Of a stretch of DNA of 64,000 nt, positions 23,118-35,289 are shown one piece after another. The DNA is from Octopus sinensis (taxonomy: Eukaryota). Each line of letters begins with the position of its first letter. Position 1 is the first letter of the stretch. A program made the position numbers and the translations under genes. The notes beneath the pieces are model-generated. The model was not told the DNA's origin. It saw nothing but the letters and a program-made list of their open reading frames with translations, and searched no databases. The stretch is from assembly GCF_006345805.1 (NCBI RefSeq), contig NC_043022.1, positions 19,158,001 to 19,222,000 on the forward strand. Direction: 5' to 3'.

Positions 23118-25028
23118 TTGTTCGATCCAGCTTCTTTGTGGGTGAAGTACAGGGACCCCATGTCTGAGGACTTCCTTCAGATAGCAAAGCAACAGTGCCT
23201 TAATGCTGCCATTGGATACAATGACCTAATCTACAATAATGCGGTGATTGAAATCGAGGATGCCCTGCTCAAAATGGGTGGGGCAGCGTCGAACACATTC
23301 GGTTTGCCATCCTCATTGCGACAGGATGTTAACATACTTGCACCAAAATTACTTCTGGAGTTGTCATATGATGCTGATGGCCTTGCTGAGTACCTGAGAG
23401 TAAATGAACCGAAATTACTCCCTGATCAGAGGCTGGCGTACGAAACTGTCATCAGTGCTGTTGAAAAACAGGCGGGCAGCATTTTTTTTCCTTGATGCTC
23501 CTGGAGGTACCGGAAAATCCTTTGTAAGATAATTAATACTTGCTAAGATTCGTCGCGAGAAACAAATTGTGCTAGTTGTTGCCTCCTCAGGAAGCGCTGC
23601 TACGTTATTGCCGTTTAACTTCCGCAGATCGTAGTTCCCGGTGAGACCATGCTTTGCCATGTCCATCAACAAATCCCAAGGCCAAACACTATCGGTGGCA
23701 GGCATACATTTGGAGGAGCCATGCTTTTCACATGGGCAACTTTATGTGGTCTGCTCCCATGTGGGGTGTAGAAACGCTCTTTTTGTGTATGCTCCTCAGG
23801 GCAGAACATGCAATGTTGTCTATAGCGAAGTACTTTTTATATATATGGAGGTTAGGGTTAGGGTTTGTGCTAGGGTTAGGGTTAGGGTTAGGCTGTAATG
23901 ACAAGTCGTCATTACAGCCGACATGGTTATAAACAGGTGATCCGGAAGCATTGGCCGGATATATTCTCAGACTATGGACTCTTCTGCTTTTTTATTGGAC
24001 AATACTGACGTCCACAACAATGCTCACCTGGCCGATATCAGTGCTTGGCTAAGTTGATTATAGAGTTAAGCTAGAAGGGACAGGCCCTTTATTTTGGGGT
24101 TAAGGCTGTGGCTAAGTTTTCCTAAGTTACTCCAATCCAGATCCCCAATCCAAACCTTCAGATCAACCTTCTCCTATACAGATCTCTAATGCAACTTTAT
24201 CCAATCCAAATCTTTGAGTCACCCATCTTCACTGTAGATCTCCAATGCAAACCTTCAATGCATCCTTATCCAATGCAAACCTTTGATGCGACCTTCTCCA
24301 ATGCATATTTTCAAGGCAACCTTCTCCAATACATGTCTTCGATGCAGCCTTGACTGATAGCACCCCTAGGAGGGGTTAGGACTAGATTAGGATTAGTCGC
24401 TGCCTTGCCAGAAGGGTTCCTAACTCAAGGGTCAAGGGGGTTAGATGATAGGGGTGGTGTCTTCAAAAGGGTAGGCATGTGCAACCTGATCACCTCTGCC
24501 GGTCAAACTCCCAACCCATGCGTTCCTGTCGCAACACTGATTCTGCAGAACTGGGTTGGGTGTGAAAACCAACTTTAAAGTATAAGCATAGATTTTTTGA
24601 ATCAGCAATATTGTTCTTGGTTAAGTCCTATTTGGAGTGAAAAATCAATAAACTGATAAACCTATTCCTTATAGAAAATCCCACCAAAATTTGCTACACC
24701 CCATTTTCAACCATAACTTTTACCAATTTTCACAGATTTTGTTCAAACTTGATGCCAGCATTACATAGGACTTATGGGATTTTTGAATGCTTTAAGTTCT
24801 CAAAAAAAAAAAAAGAAACAATTGCTTAGTGGAAATAATCAATAAACCGATTCCTTATGGGATTTCTCAATCAAATTGCCTGCAACCCATTTTCAGCCGA
24901 ACGTTCACCAATTTCAACGGATTTCGCTCAAATTTGATGTCAGTGTTACTTATTTTGGTTTGAAATAAAGTGCTCAATCACTTAATAATCCTAACTTAAT
25001 CCCGGGCAATGCCGGGCGATACTGCTAG
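23118..25028 (+). mobile_element. Internally deleted Helitron with helicase fragments, TTAGGG-like repeats and an intact 3' end
   Basis: FFLDAPGGTGKSF fused at about 23635 to FPVRPCFAMSINKSQGQTL...HGQLYV. Ends CCCGGGCAATGCCGGGCGATACTG-CTAG|T. Confidence 0.8.
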
Positions 25029-25361
25029 TTATAAATAAAATGATATAGTGAGTAAATAAGTAAGAGAATTGGTTTAAAATTAAAGTAAAGAAATGAAAAT
25101 GAATATAATGAAAAATAAATAGAAATCTTTGTAGAATGTTATAGAAAAGGGGTAGAACAGATTTGTGTTCTAAAAACCTATTATAAGATATACTTAGCTT
25201 ATTTATATTAATAGGTAAGATGAGTTGTTAGAAGAAATTTTTTATAATTCGGTAATTTTTAGACTAAAATTTATATTTACTTATGAGAATATCTATAAAT
25301 GACTAGTGTTTAGTGTCGGGTAAAGAGATGATTGGGCAAAAGTTATTGGGCAAAATTTATA

Positions 25362-25588
25362 TTCTTTTACTCTTTTACTTGTTTCAGTCATTTGACTGTG
25401 GCCATGCTGGAGCACCGCCTTTATTCGAACAAATCGATCCCAGGACTTATATTTTGTAAGCCCAGTACTTATTCTATCGGCCTCTTTTGCTGAACCGCTA
25501 AGTTACGGGGATGTAAACACACTAGCATCGGTTGTCAAGCAATGTTGGGGGGACAAATACAAATACACAAACATACACATACACACAC

Positions 25589-25677
<89 letters not shown>

Positions 25678-25830
25678 GACGGGCTTCCTTCAGTTTCCGT
25701 CTACCAAATCTACTCACAAGGCTTTGGTCAGCCCGAGGCTATAGTAGAAGACACTTGCCCAAGGGACCATGCAGTAGAACAGAACCCAGAACTATGTGGT
25801 TTGTAAGCAAGCTACTTACCACACAGCCTT
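25362..25830 (-). mobile_element. Family A SINE
   Basis: Homologous to 4372-4773. Confidence 0.85.
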
Positions 25831-26533
25831 ACTGCACCCATATTATAACAATATTTTTAACAAAGCTTTTATAAAATTTTGGGTTTTATTATAGATTTAA
25901 GAAAATGCTATTATTAATCCGTATATGATAATTTATGATTATTAATTAGTACTTATAAAACGTTATTTATTTATTTATTTTCATAAAGCTTTCTAATACA
26001 TACAAAGATCATGAGGGTGGGGTTGTTTTAGAGAAATAGAAACCAAGTAACTTAGATATTATTATCTATTCTTTATCAGGTTTTGAATATTAATTAAGAT
26101 TTAGAAGATTTTTTTAAGAGGAGATTCCCAGCAAATAAGGCATTGACTCACATACCAAAATCCTTAAAAAATATAATGGAAGATAGGTAACCAAAATGTA
26201 ATTTTACAGATGAAAATATAAAGCAATAGAATTATTTTATTATTTTGGAAATCCTATATTTTATGTTAAGAGTAAAGCATGGTTATATGGGGTATAACTA
26301 TTTAGGTTTATATAAAGGTAATATTTATAATATCGAAAAGGATTAGGTGGAGTAGAATTCTCGTAGAAATAGATGTGAAAATTACCAAATCTTTAAAACT
26401 TATATATATATAAGTCCTGGGGTTGATTTGCTTGACTAAAGTCGGTGCTCCAGCATGGCCTCAGTTAAATGACTGAAACAAGTAAAAGAATAAAAGAATA
26501 AAAAGAAAAGAATATATGACCATTCCGAAATAT

Positions 26534-26573
<40 letters not shown>

Positions 26574-26610
26574 TGTATATATGTATACATATATGTATAT
26601 ATATATATAT

Positions 26611-26822
26611 TACGGAGATGTACTCGCATAGCAAGTAATTTGATCTGAGATCGTGTGCTGAAATGAAAAACTTGCAGCGTGGAAGGTGTTTGTAAGCCAT
26701 TTAAGAAACACACAAAAGCCGTTCGATTCACTTCAACATTTAAGCTTAAACTTAAATGTTGAAGTGAATCGAATGGCTTTTGGGTTTTCTTAAATGGCTT
26801 ACAAACACCTTCCACGCTGCAA
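26611..26822. repeat. Family F terminal fragment folded back on itself (about 72-bp arms)
   Basis: 26672-26744 is the reverse complement of 26751-26822; sequence shared with 54769-54908. Confidence 0.85.
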
Positions 26823-26824
26823 TG

Positions 26825-26826
26825 TG

Positions 26827-26859
<33 letters not shown>

Positions 26860-26888
26860 GTATATATATGTATGTATATGTATGTATA

Positions 26889-26933
<45 letters not shown>

Positions 26934-27357
26934 ATGTATGTATATATGTGTGTGTATATGTGTATTATGTATGTATTTATATAGATATGTAATTTTTATA
27001 TATATATGTATGTATATGCATCTGTCTGTGTGTGTGTATGTGTATATATGTGTATCATTATTGCGTATGTATACATGTATATGTGTATATGTATGTGTGT
27101 GTGGGTGTGTATATGTGTGTGTATATATATATATATATGTATATATGTGGGGGTATATGTATATGTATGTATATATATATATATATGTATATATATGTAT
27201 ATGTATGTGTATGTATATGTATATATGTATGTATGTGTGTATGTGTATATATGTATGTATATGTGTATGTGTGTGTACATGTATATATATGTGTGTGTGT
27301 ATATATATATATGTTTATATGTGAGTATGTAGAGATATAAGTATATGCATGTGTATA

Positions 27358-27390
<33 letters not shown>

Positions 27391-27487
27391 GTATGGGTAT
27401 GTGTATCCGTGTATATATGTATGTGTGTGTGTATGTATATGTATGTATGTGTGTATATATGTATGTGTATATGTGTATGTGTGTGTA

Positions 27488-27528
<41 letters not shown>

Positions 27529-27628
27529 GTATGTGTATGTGTGTGTATGTGTGCATGTATGTGTATGTGTATATGTGTATATATGTGTATGTGTATATGT
27601 GTGTATGTGTGTGTATGTGTATATGTGT

Positions 27629-27661
<33 letters not shown>

Positions 27662-28491
27662 TATATATATATGTATATGTATATATGTGTATGTGTGTAT
27701 GTATATATATATGTATATATGAGTGCGCGTGTGTGTATGTATGCATATATGTATGATGCATGTATATGTGTATGTATATATGTGTGAAGTGTGTGCATAT
27801 ATGTATATGTAAGTATGTGCGCGTGTATGAGTATGTAGTATGCTTGCACACGTGTATATATATGTGTGCGTGTGTATATATATGGATGCGCGTGTGTGCG
27901 TGCACGTGTATGGGTACGCATGTGTATATGTGTATGTGCGTGTATGTGTATGTATGCATATATGTATGTATGCATGTATATGTGTATGTATATATGTGTG
28001 TAAGTGTGTGCATATATGTATATGTAAGTATGTGTGCGTGTATGAGTATGTATGTATGCTTGCACACGTGTATATATGTGTGTGTGTGTATACATATGGA
28101 TGCATGTGCGTGTGGCACGTGTATGGGTACGCATGTATATGTGTATGTGCGTGTATGTATGCGTATACGTGTATGTATGTATGTATGTGTGGGCGTATAT
28201 TTGTATATGTATGTGTGAGTGTGTATATATTATATATTATATATATATATATATATATAGATGGGGGTGTGTGTATGCGTATAAGTGCATGTAAGTATGG
28301 ATGTATGGATGTATGTATGTATGTTTACGTATGTATGTGTTTGTGTGTATATGTATGTAGGTGTGTGTATGTATATGTGTATATATGTATATATATATAT
28401 ATATATGTGTGTATATATGTTTGTGTATGTATATATATGTGTATGTATGTGTGTGTATATATATGGGTGTGTGTGTATGTATGTATGTATG

Positions 28492-28526
<35 letters not shown>

Positions 28527-28700
28527 GTATGTGTATATATATATATATGTACATGTATGTGTGTGTATGTATATATATATATATAGGTATGTATCTGTAT
28601 GTAGGAGTATATATATGTGTGTGTGTGTGTGTATGTGTATATGTGTATATATATATGTATATATATATATATATATGTATATTTATTGGTGTATATATAT
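26825..28700. repeat. 1.9-kb compound (TA)/(TG)/(TATG) tract with an internal higher-order duplication
   Basis: Directly visible; block about 27775-27950 is repeated at about 27995-28165. Confidence 0.9.
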
Positions 28701-29011
28701 AGACTAGCCTCCTAAAGTGTAGACATGAATCTGTAGGTACGAGTACGTATGTGTATATACGTGAACGTATGTAGATGTTTGTATGTATAAATATAACGCG
28801 TGCGTACGTGTATGTGTATGAGTGTACGAATGGGTGTATGTACGTGCTAATGAGTGTGCGTGCGGGAACGAGTACTTGCCTTCTAGTAGACAGACAATTT
28901 GGACATGCTGCCATCGCCAGGATCCTTAGCTCTAGCGATCAAAGATAACAAAAGTAATAAATGAAGATAATAAAATTAAAATTAGGGATGGGCCTGTATT
29001 GGATTGTGATA

Positions 29012-29063
<52 letters not shown>

Positions 29064-29229
29064 ATTATATATATATGTATGGGTATGGTGTATGTGTAGG
29101 TATGTATAGGCACACATGTGTACGTATGGGTGTGTGTGTATGTATATGTGTTTATGTATGTATGTGCACACATTTTTATTTTTATTTTTTCTTTATTTTT
29201 TATTTTTTATTTTTTATTTTTTATTTTTT

Positions 29230-29520
29230 ATTTTTTTATTTATCTATTCTTTCATCTAACTTACCACTGACTCCTTGACCACTCCCCAAGTATGATATTT
29301 TGCGCTATGCCTACCCCCAAAAAGTCCCCCACCCCCACTCCTTTAAACCTGCCTAAATGTATAAATGCTAATACAATTCTTGTTAAATAGCTTCCTGAAG
29401 ATTTCTCTGAATGAATGAAACAGTACTAGTCCTGTAGAAGCTCCTTCTATATAATAAATTAATTTTACTCTGCTATGTATTGAGTACCTTACTTACTGTG
29501 GTTAACCCCGGATCAACCCG
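29230..29520 (+). repeat. Penelope-type 3' terminal fragment with a weak hammerhead-like motif
   Basis: AGCTTC-CTGAAGA...GAAAC-AGTACTA-GTC-(CTGTA)-GAAGCT at 29389-29442, followed by AATAAA. Confidence 0.4.
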
Positions 29521-29524
29521 GGAC

Positions 29525-29565
<41 letters not shown>

Positions 29566-29673
29566 ATATATAATAAAATATTAGGGAATAAATCCAAACT
29601 TCCAGGGAAAATCAGATTTAGGATTAAATCCAATTTTATAGTATAAATATATTATATTATATATATAGTAGAG

Positions 29674-29945
29674 ATAAAACCACTATTAGGCAAATCAAAC
29701 AATGAAAACATAAGCCAATACATAAAATTAATTAATTTATAATATATATCAAAAGTATTAAAGTTTAATAAAAGATAATATATTATATATATGTGTGTGT
29801 ATATATATTATAATAATATAATATATATAATATATATATATAATATATATATTAAATATATATATATATATATATAAATAATATATATATAGATATAATA
29901 TATATAAAAACTATATATATATATATATAAAATATATATATTATG

Positions 29946-29983
<38 letters not shown>

Positions 29984-30303
29984 TATGTATAGATAAATAT
30001 ATATGTATATATAAATATATATGTATATATATATATATTATATAGATATCTATATATTATAATATATATAATATAATATATATGTATATATAAATATATA
30101 TGTATATATATATAATATATATATATTATATATATATATATATAGCCAGATAACCGAAGAGATGGTGTTGTGGATTTTCACTTCGGCATCTGAAACTCAG
30201 AGTTTTATCTTGACTACCAAGTAATGTAACATATTGATAGATAAATTTCCTCTTACATTTAATATTGAGGTCTCTTTCTTCTTTTGTTATCTTACCGTTT
30301 TAT

Positions 30304-30351
<48 letters not shown>

Positions 30352-30362
30352 TTATATATATA

Positions 30363-30404
<42 letters not shown>

Positions 30405-30551
30405 AATATATACACACAACTATATATATATATATATATATATATTATCTTTTATTAAACTTTTAATACTTTTGATATATATTATAAATTAATTAATTTT
30501 ATGTATTGGCTTATGTTTTTCATTGTTTGATTTGCCTAATAGTGGTTTTAT
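29674..30551. repeat. About 100-bp inverted repeats enclosing (TA)n and a hammerhead-like motif
   Basis: 29674-29775 is the reverse complement of 30448-30551. Family fragments also at about 19025 and 34900-35260. Confidence 0.8.
30148..30210 (+). ncRNA. Hammerhead-like motif with a CCGAAGA core
   Basis: AGATAA-CCGAAGA-GATG...CATC-T-GAAAC-TCAGA-GTT-TTATCT: perfect 6-bp stem I, palindromic ACTC-A-GAGT stem III. Confidence 0.6.
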
Positions 30552-30636
30552 TTTTATTTTTTACTTTTTATTAAAATTTTATGTATTGATTAAGTATTTC
30601 CTTGTTTGTTTTACAAAATAGTGGTTTTGTCTCTAA

Positions 30637-30675
<39 letters not shown>

Positions 30676-30840
30676 TAAATAAATTCTGCTGCTTTTAAAT
30701 AAAGCATATTACTTTACTTCTGGTATTTGAGCACTCTTTTTTCCACCTTGTTTCACATTTATGTGTTTACTCCGGTATATATATATATATATATATATAA
30801 AGATATAGATATATATATACCACACACACACACACACATA

Positions 30841-30873
<33 letters not shown>

Positions 30874-31403
30874 TACGATGAGCTTCTTTCAGTTTCCATC
30901 TACCAAATTCACTGACAAGGCTTTAGTCAGCTCAGGGCTACAATAGAAGAAAATTGCCCAGGGTGCCACGCAATGCAACCGAACCCGAAACTACGTGGTG
31001 GAGAAGCAATCCTCTCGCCCTAGATGCCGCGCGCACAGTGGGATTGAACCAAAGAACACAAGACGAATGCAAGCTTCTCTACCACACAGAGTCACGCCTA
31101 CGCTTATGTTGCCAGTATTTCTATTTGTTACACTTCTTGCAGCAAGTTATCGACCTAACTCTTCTCAAGATATTGTTTCATCTAATTAATATCTTATCTC
31201 TATCTGGTTGTATATACATTCATAATTAAAACCACACCCATGTTGTTATGCTTAATTATCTTAACCTTGAAACTCGCACATGTGCTGCATGTAGGTTTCC
31301 GATGTTTGCCTATGTCTATGTCTATGTGAGTCATTAAATCAGCTTTTCACATGCAAAGCATGCTTCAAACACTGCCGTCACTTACGGAGAGGATGGCGCA
31401 TGT

Positions 31404-32212
31404 AAAGGTGGTGAGCTGGCAGAAACGTTAGCACGCCGGACGAAATGCATAGCCGTATTTCGTCTGCCGTTACATTCTGAGTTCAAATTCCGCCAAGGTC
31501 GACTTTGCCTTTCATCCTTTCGGTGTCGATAAATTAAGTACCAGTTACGTACTGGGGTCAATCTAATCGACTAGCCCTGTCCCCCAAATTTTCAGGGCTT
31601 GTGCCTGTTGTAGAAAGGCGGCGAGCTGTCAGAAACGTTAGCACGCCGGACGAAATGTACAGACGATTTCGTCTGCCGTTACATTCTGAGTTCAAATTCC
31701 ACTGAGGTCGGCTTTGCCTTTCATCCTTTCAGGGTCGATAAATTAAGTACCAGTTACACGCTGGGGTCGATGTAATCAACTTAATCCGTTTGTCTGTCCT
31801 TGTTTGTCCTCTCTGTGTTTAGCCCCTTGTGGGTAGTAAAGAAATAGGTATTTCATCTGCCGCTGTTCTGAGTTCAAATTCCGCCGAGGTCGACTTTGCC
31901 TTTCATCCTTTCGGGGTCGATAAATTAAGTACCAGTTACACACTGGAGTCGATGTAATCAACTTAATCCGTTTGTCTGTCCTTGTTTGTCCTCTCTGTGT
32001 TTAGCCCCTTGTGGGTAGTACAGAAACAGGTATTTCATCTGCCGCTGTTCTGAGTTCAAATTCCACCGAGGTCGACTTTGCCTTTCATCCTTTCGGGGTC
32101 GATAAATTAAGTACCAGTTACACACTGGGGTTGATGTAATCAACTTAATTCATTTGTCTGTCCTTGTTTGTCCCCTCTGTGTTTAGCCCCTTGTGGGTAG
32201 TAAAGAAATAGG
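31404..32212 (+). mobile_element. Cluster of family C SINEs ending in three tandem 182-bp units
   Basis: Two heads at about 31404 and 31617, then repeats offset by 182 bp (ORFs 31776 and 31958 are near-identical). Confidence 0.85.
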
Positions 32213-32267
32213 ATGATGCGTGTACACTTATGCGCACGCATATACTCATACGTGTGTGTGTGTGTGT

Positions 32268-32455
32268 AGTTGAAATTTACAGAAAAACAAAAGACAAAGA
32301 CAGGTGTATGAACAACAAGTGCATGTATTAGTTTGACGCTCAGGAAAAGGAGAAAGTCTTTTATATTTCGAGTCTACGCTCTTCAACAGAAAGGAATAGG
32401 AGAAAATAAACAGAGAGAGAATATGTCACTCTTAACCATACCTGCATGCAAAAAC
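32268..32455 (-). repeat. Dispersed copy of the Penelope 3' terminal region with hammerhead-like motif (32356-32396)
   Basis: Reverse complement matches 38480-38670. Confidence 0.7.
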
Positions 32456-32596
32456 AAGCTGGAGAATTACTTTAGTGGAATGGTATCACAACCATCCAGG
32501 ATAGAGTAGATACATGGTTCAAATCCTGTAGGGAGCTATGTTTTTCTGTCCAAGAGGTTTGGCTTTCAGACTTTCACAGAGCGCCTTACGTTCAGC

Positions 32597-33671
32597 GCAG
32601 ACGCTCCTGGGGGCACTGGGAAAACTTTTGTCAACAAATTAATATTGGCTGAGATTAGGCGAACACAAGGCATTGCCCTAGCTGTGGCATCATCTGGAAT
32701 TGCGGCTACTTTGTTGCCAGGCGGCAGGACAGCTCACTCCACTTTCAAGCTCCCGCTTGATTTAGCGATGACTGAGACACCAACTTGCAACATCAGTAAC
32801 AGCTCCGATCAGGCAGAAGTCTTCAGACGATGCAAGCTTATCGTTTGGGATGAATGCACGATGGCCCACAGAGGTGCTCTTGAGGCACTAGATAGATCTC
32901 TCAGAGACATCAAACACTCTTCAGCTCCCATGGGAGGCATAACACTTCTTCTTTCAGGGGACTTCCGACAAACACTTCCCGTTATTCCCAAAGGGACTAC
33001 AGCTGATGTAGTAAGTGCGTGTCTTAAGTCATCCACATTGTGGCCACTGGTGAAGACTCTCAAACTTCACACCAAATGCGTGCTCATATGTGACGTGATA
33101 TCACATCAGCAGATTTCTCACACCCTCCTTGCACTTGGCGAAGGCAAAATACCAAGGGATGAAAATGGTAATATTGCCATCGATTCCATTTGTACCATTG
33201 TTAAAACGCCTTCTGATCTCAGAGATGCAGTGTTCCCAGATCTACAAGCTAATTATCAGAATATGGATTGGATTGGCCAAAGGGCTATTCTGGCCCCAAG
33301 GAATAAAACTGCTCACCATATTAATGATGAAATGCTAAAATTCATTCCTGGGGATGTCTATGTATATAAGTCTATCGATACAACTCCTGACCCAGAGGAC
33401 GTCATCAACTATCCTAGAGAGGTACTCAATTCTTTTGAGCCCCCCGGACTACCACCACATATTCTCAAACTTAAAGTTGGTGTCCCTATAATGCTCATTA
33501 GAAATTTGGTTCCCCCAAAACAATGCAATGGCACACATTTGATTGTTAAGTACTTATCTCCCACCGTAAACTTATATCAATATTTGCCTGAATAATCATC
33601 ATAATTCAGTGCAATCATTAACAGTACTTTCAAGCAATTCAGCCCCGAGCATCGCCAGGCAATTCTGCTAG
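32597..33671 (+). mobile_element. Helitron derivative: PIF1 helicase fragment fused to the 3' terminus
   Basis: ASSGIAATLLPGGRTAHSTFK, IVWDECTM, GDFRQTLPV. Ends CCCCGAGCATCGCCAGGCAATTCTG-CTAG|T. The last 600 bp are near-identical to 9407-10020. Confidence 0.9.
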
Positions 33672-34966
33672 TTTAAAATTAATTGAAAGAAACACAGAGC
33701 ATCTCAACAGAAATACAGTAACGAAAGGGTTAATATCCGCTTTCCATGCTGGGCATGAGTTGGACGGTTTGATGGAGGACTAGCAAGCCAGGAGGCTGCA
33801 CCAGAAGACCCATCAAGCCAAGTAAAATCGCAGTCATGGCAGATACCAGTGTCACGCAAATGGCACCCGTGCCGGTGGCACATTTAAAAGTACTCATTAC
33901 ACTACTCGGAGTGATTGGCATTAGGAAGGGCATCCAGCTGTAGAGACCATGCCAAATAAGACTGGAGTGCTGCCTTCCAGCTTGCTAGCCCTGGCCAAAC
34001 TGCCCAACCAATGCCATCATGGACAACGGATGCCAAATGATGATCATGTGGAGGCACATGGCCTTGTGGTTAGAGCAGCGGACTCGCGATCGAAGGATCG
34101 CGTGTTCGAATCTCAGACCGGGCGATGTATGTGTTTATGAGCGAAACACCTAAGCTCCATGTAACTCCGGCAGAAGGTAATGGCGAAACTTCTGCTGACT
34201 CTTTCACCACAACTTTCTCTCACTCTTTCCTCCTGCATCTTGCAGCTCACCTGCGACGGACCGGCGTCCCATCAAGGTAGATAACCTATACGCCAAGGAA
34301 ACCGGGAAACCAGCCCTTATTAGCCAGGCATAGCTTGAGAAGGAACAAACAAATGATGATGATGATGATGATGATGATAAATTTAAGTAGCAATATATAG
34401 AGTCAACTAATCTAGTGGCTCATGAAAATGTTCCTTAATGTATCATTCTACAAAGCATATAATACAATACAAGCGAAAAGCATAAGAAGTGTACAAAGCT
34501 ATAAATGATGACTTTTTTACTTGTTTCAGTCATTTGACTGTGGCCATGCTGGAGCACCGCCTTTAGTCGAGCAAATCGACCCCAGGACTTATTCTTTGTA
34601 AGCCTAGTACTACTTATTCTATTGGTCTGTTTTGCTGAACCGCTGAGTTACGGGGACGTAAACATACCAGCATCGGTTGTCAAGTGATAGTGGGGGGACA
34701 AACACAGATACACAATCATATACATATATATACTAATATTAGAAAAAAACCCACCTTTTATCAATTCAAAATGAATAATTAAATTACACCATCTAGAAAA
34801 TTACATATAATAGAAAAGTAAAATTAAAATAACAATAAAATGTAATTTAATTATTCATTTTTAATTGATAAAAGGTGGTGTAATTCGATTTAGTATTTCT
34901 AAATTGAATTCTTTTTCCTTATAAGTTTGGATTTTATTCCCTTAAATAATAATTATATATTAATAT

Positions 34967-35009
<43 letters not shown>

Positions 35010-35289
35010 ATATTATATAATATTTTACTATAAAATTGGATTTAATCCTAAATCTGATTTTTTTCCCTGTAAATTTGGATTTATTCCCTAATATTTATTA
35101 TTATATACATATAAATATATTTATATAAATTAAATTAGAGATAAAGCCACTATTAGGCAACTCAAACAGTGATAGACATAAACCAATATTTATATTTATA
35201 TTGTGAAATTTGATTTAATCCTAAATCTAATTTTTCCCTGTAAGTTTGGAGCCATACTCCCTAATATTATTATTATTATATATATATAT

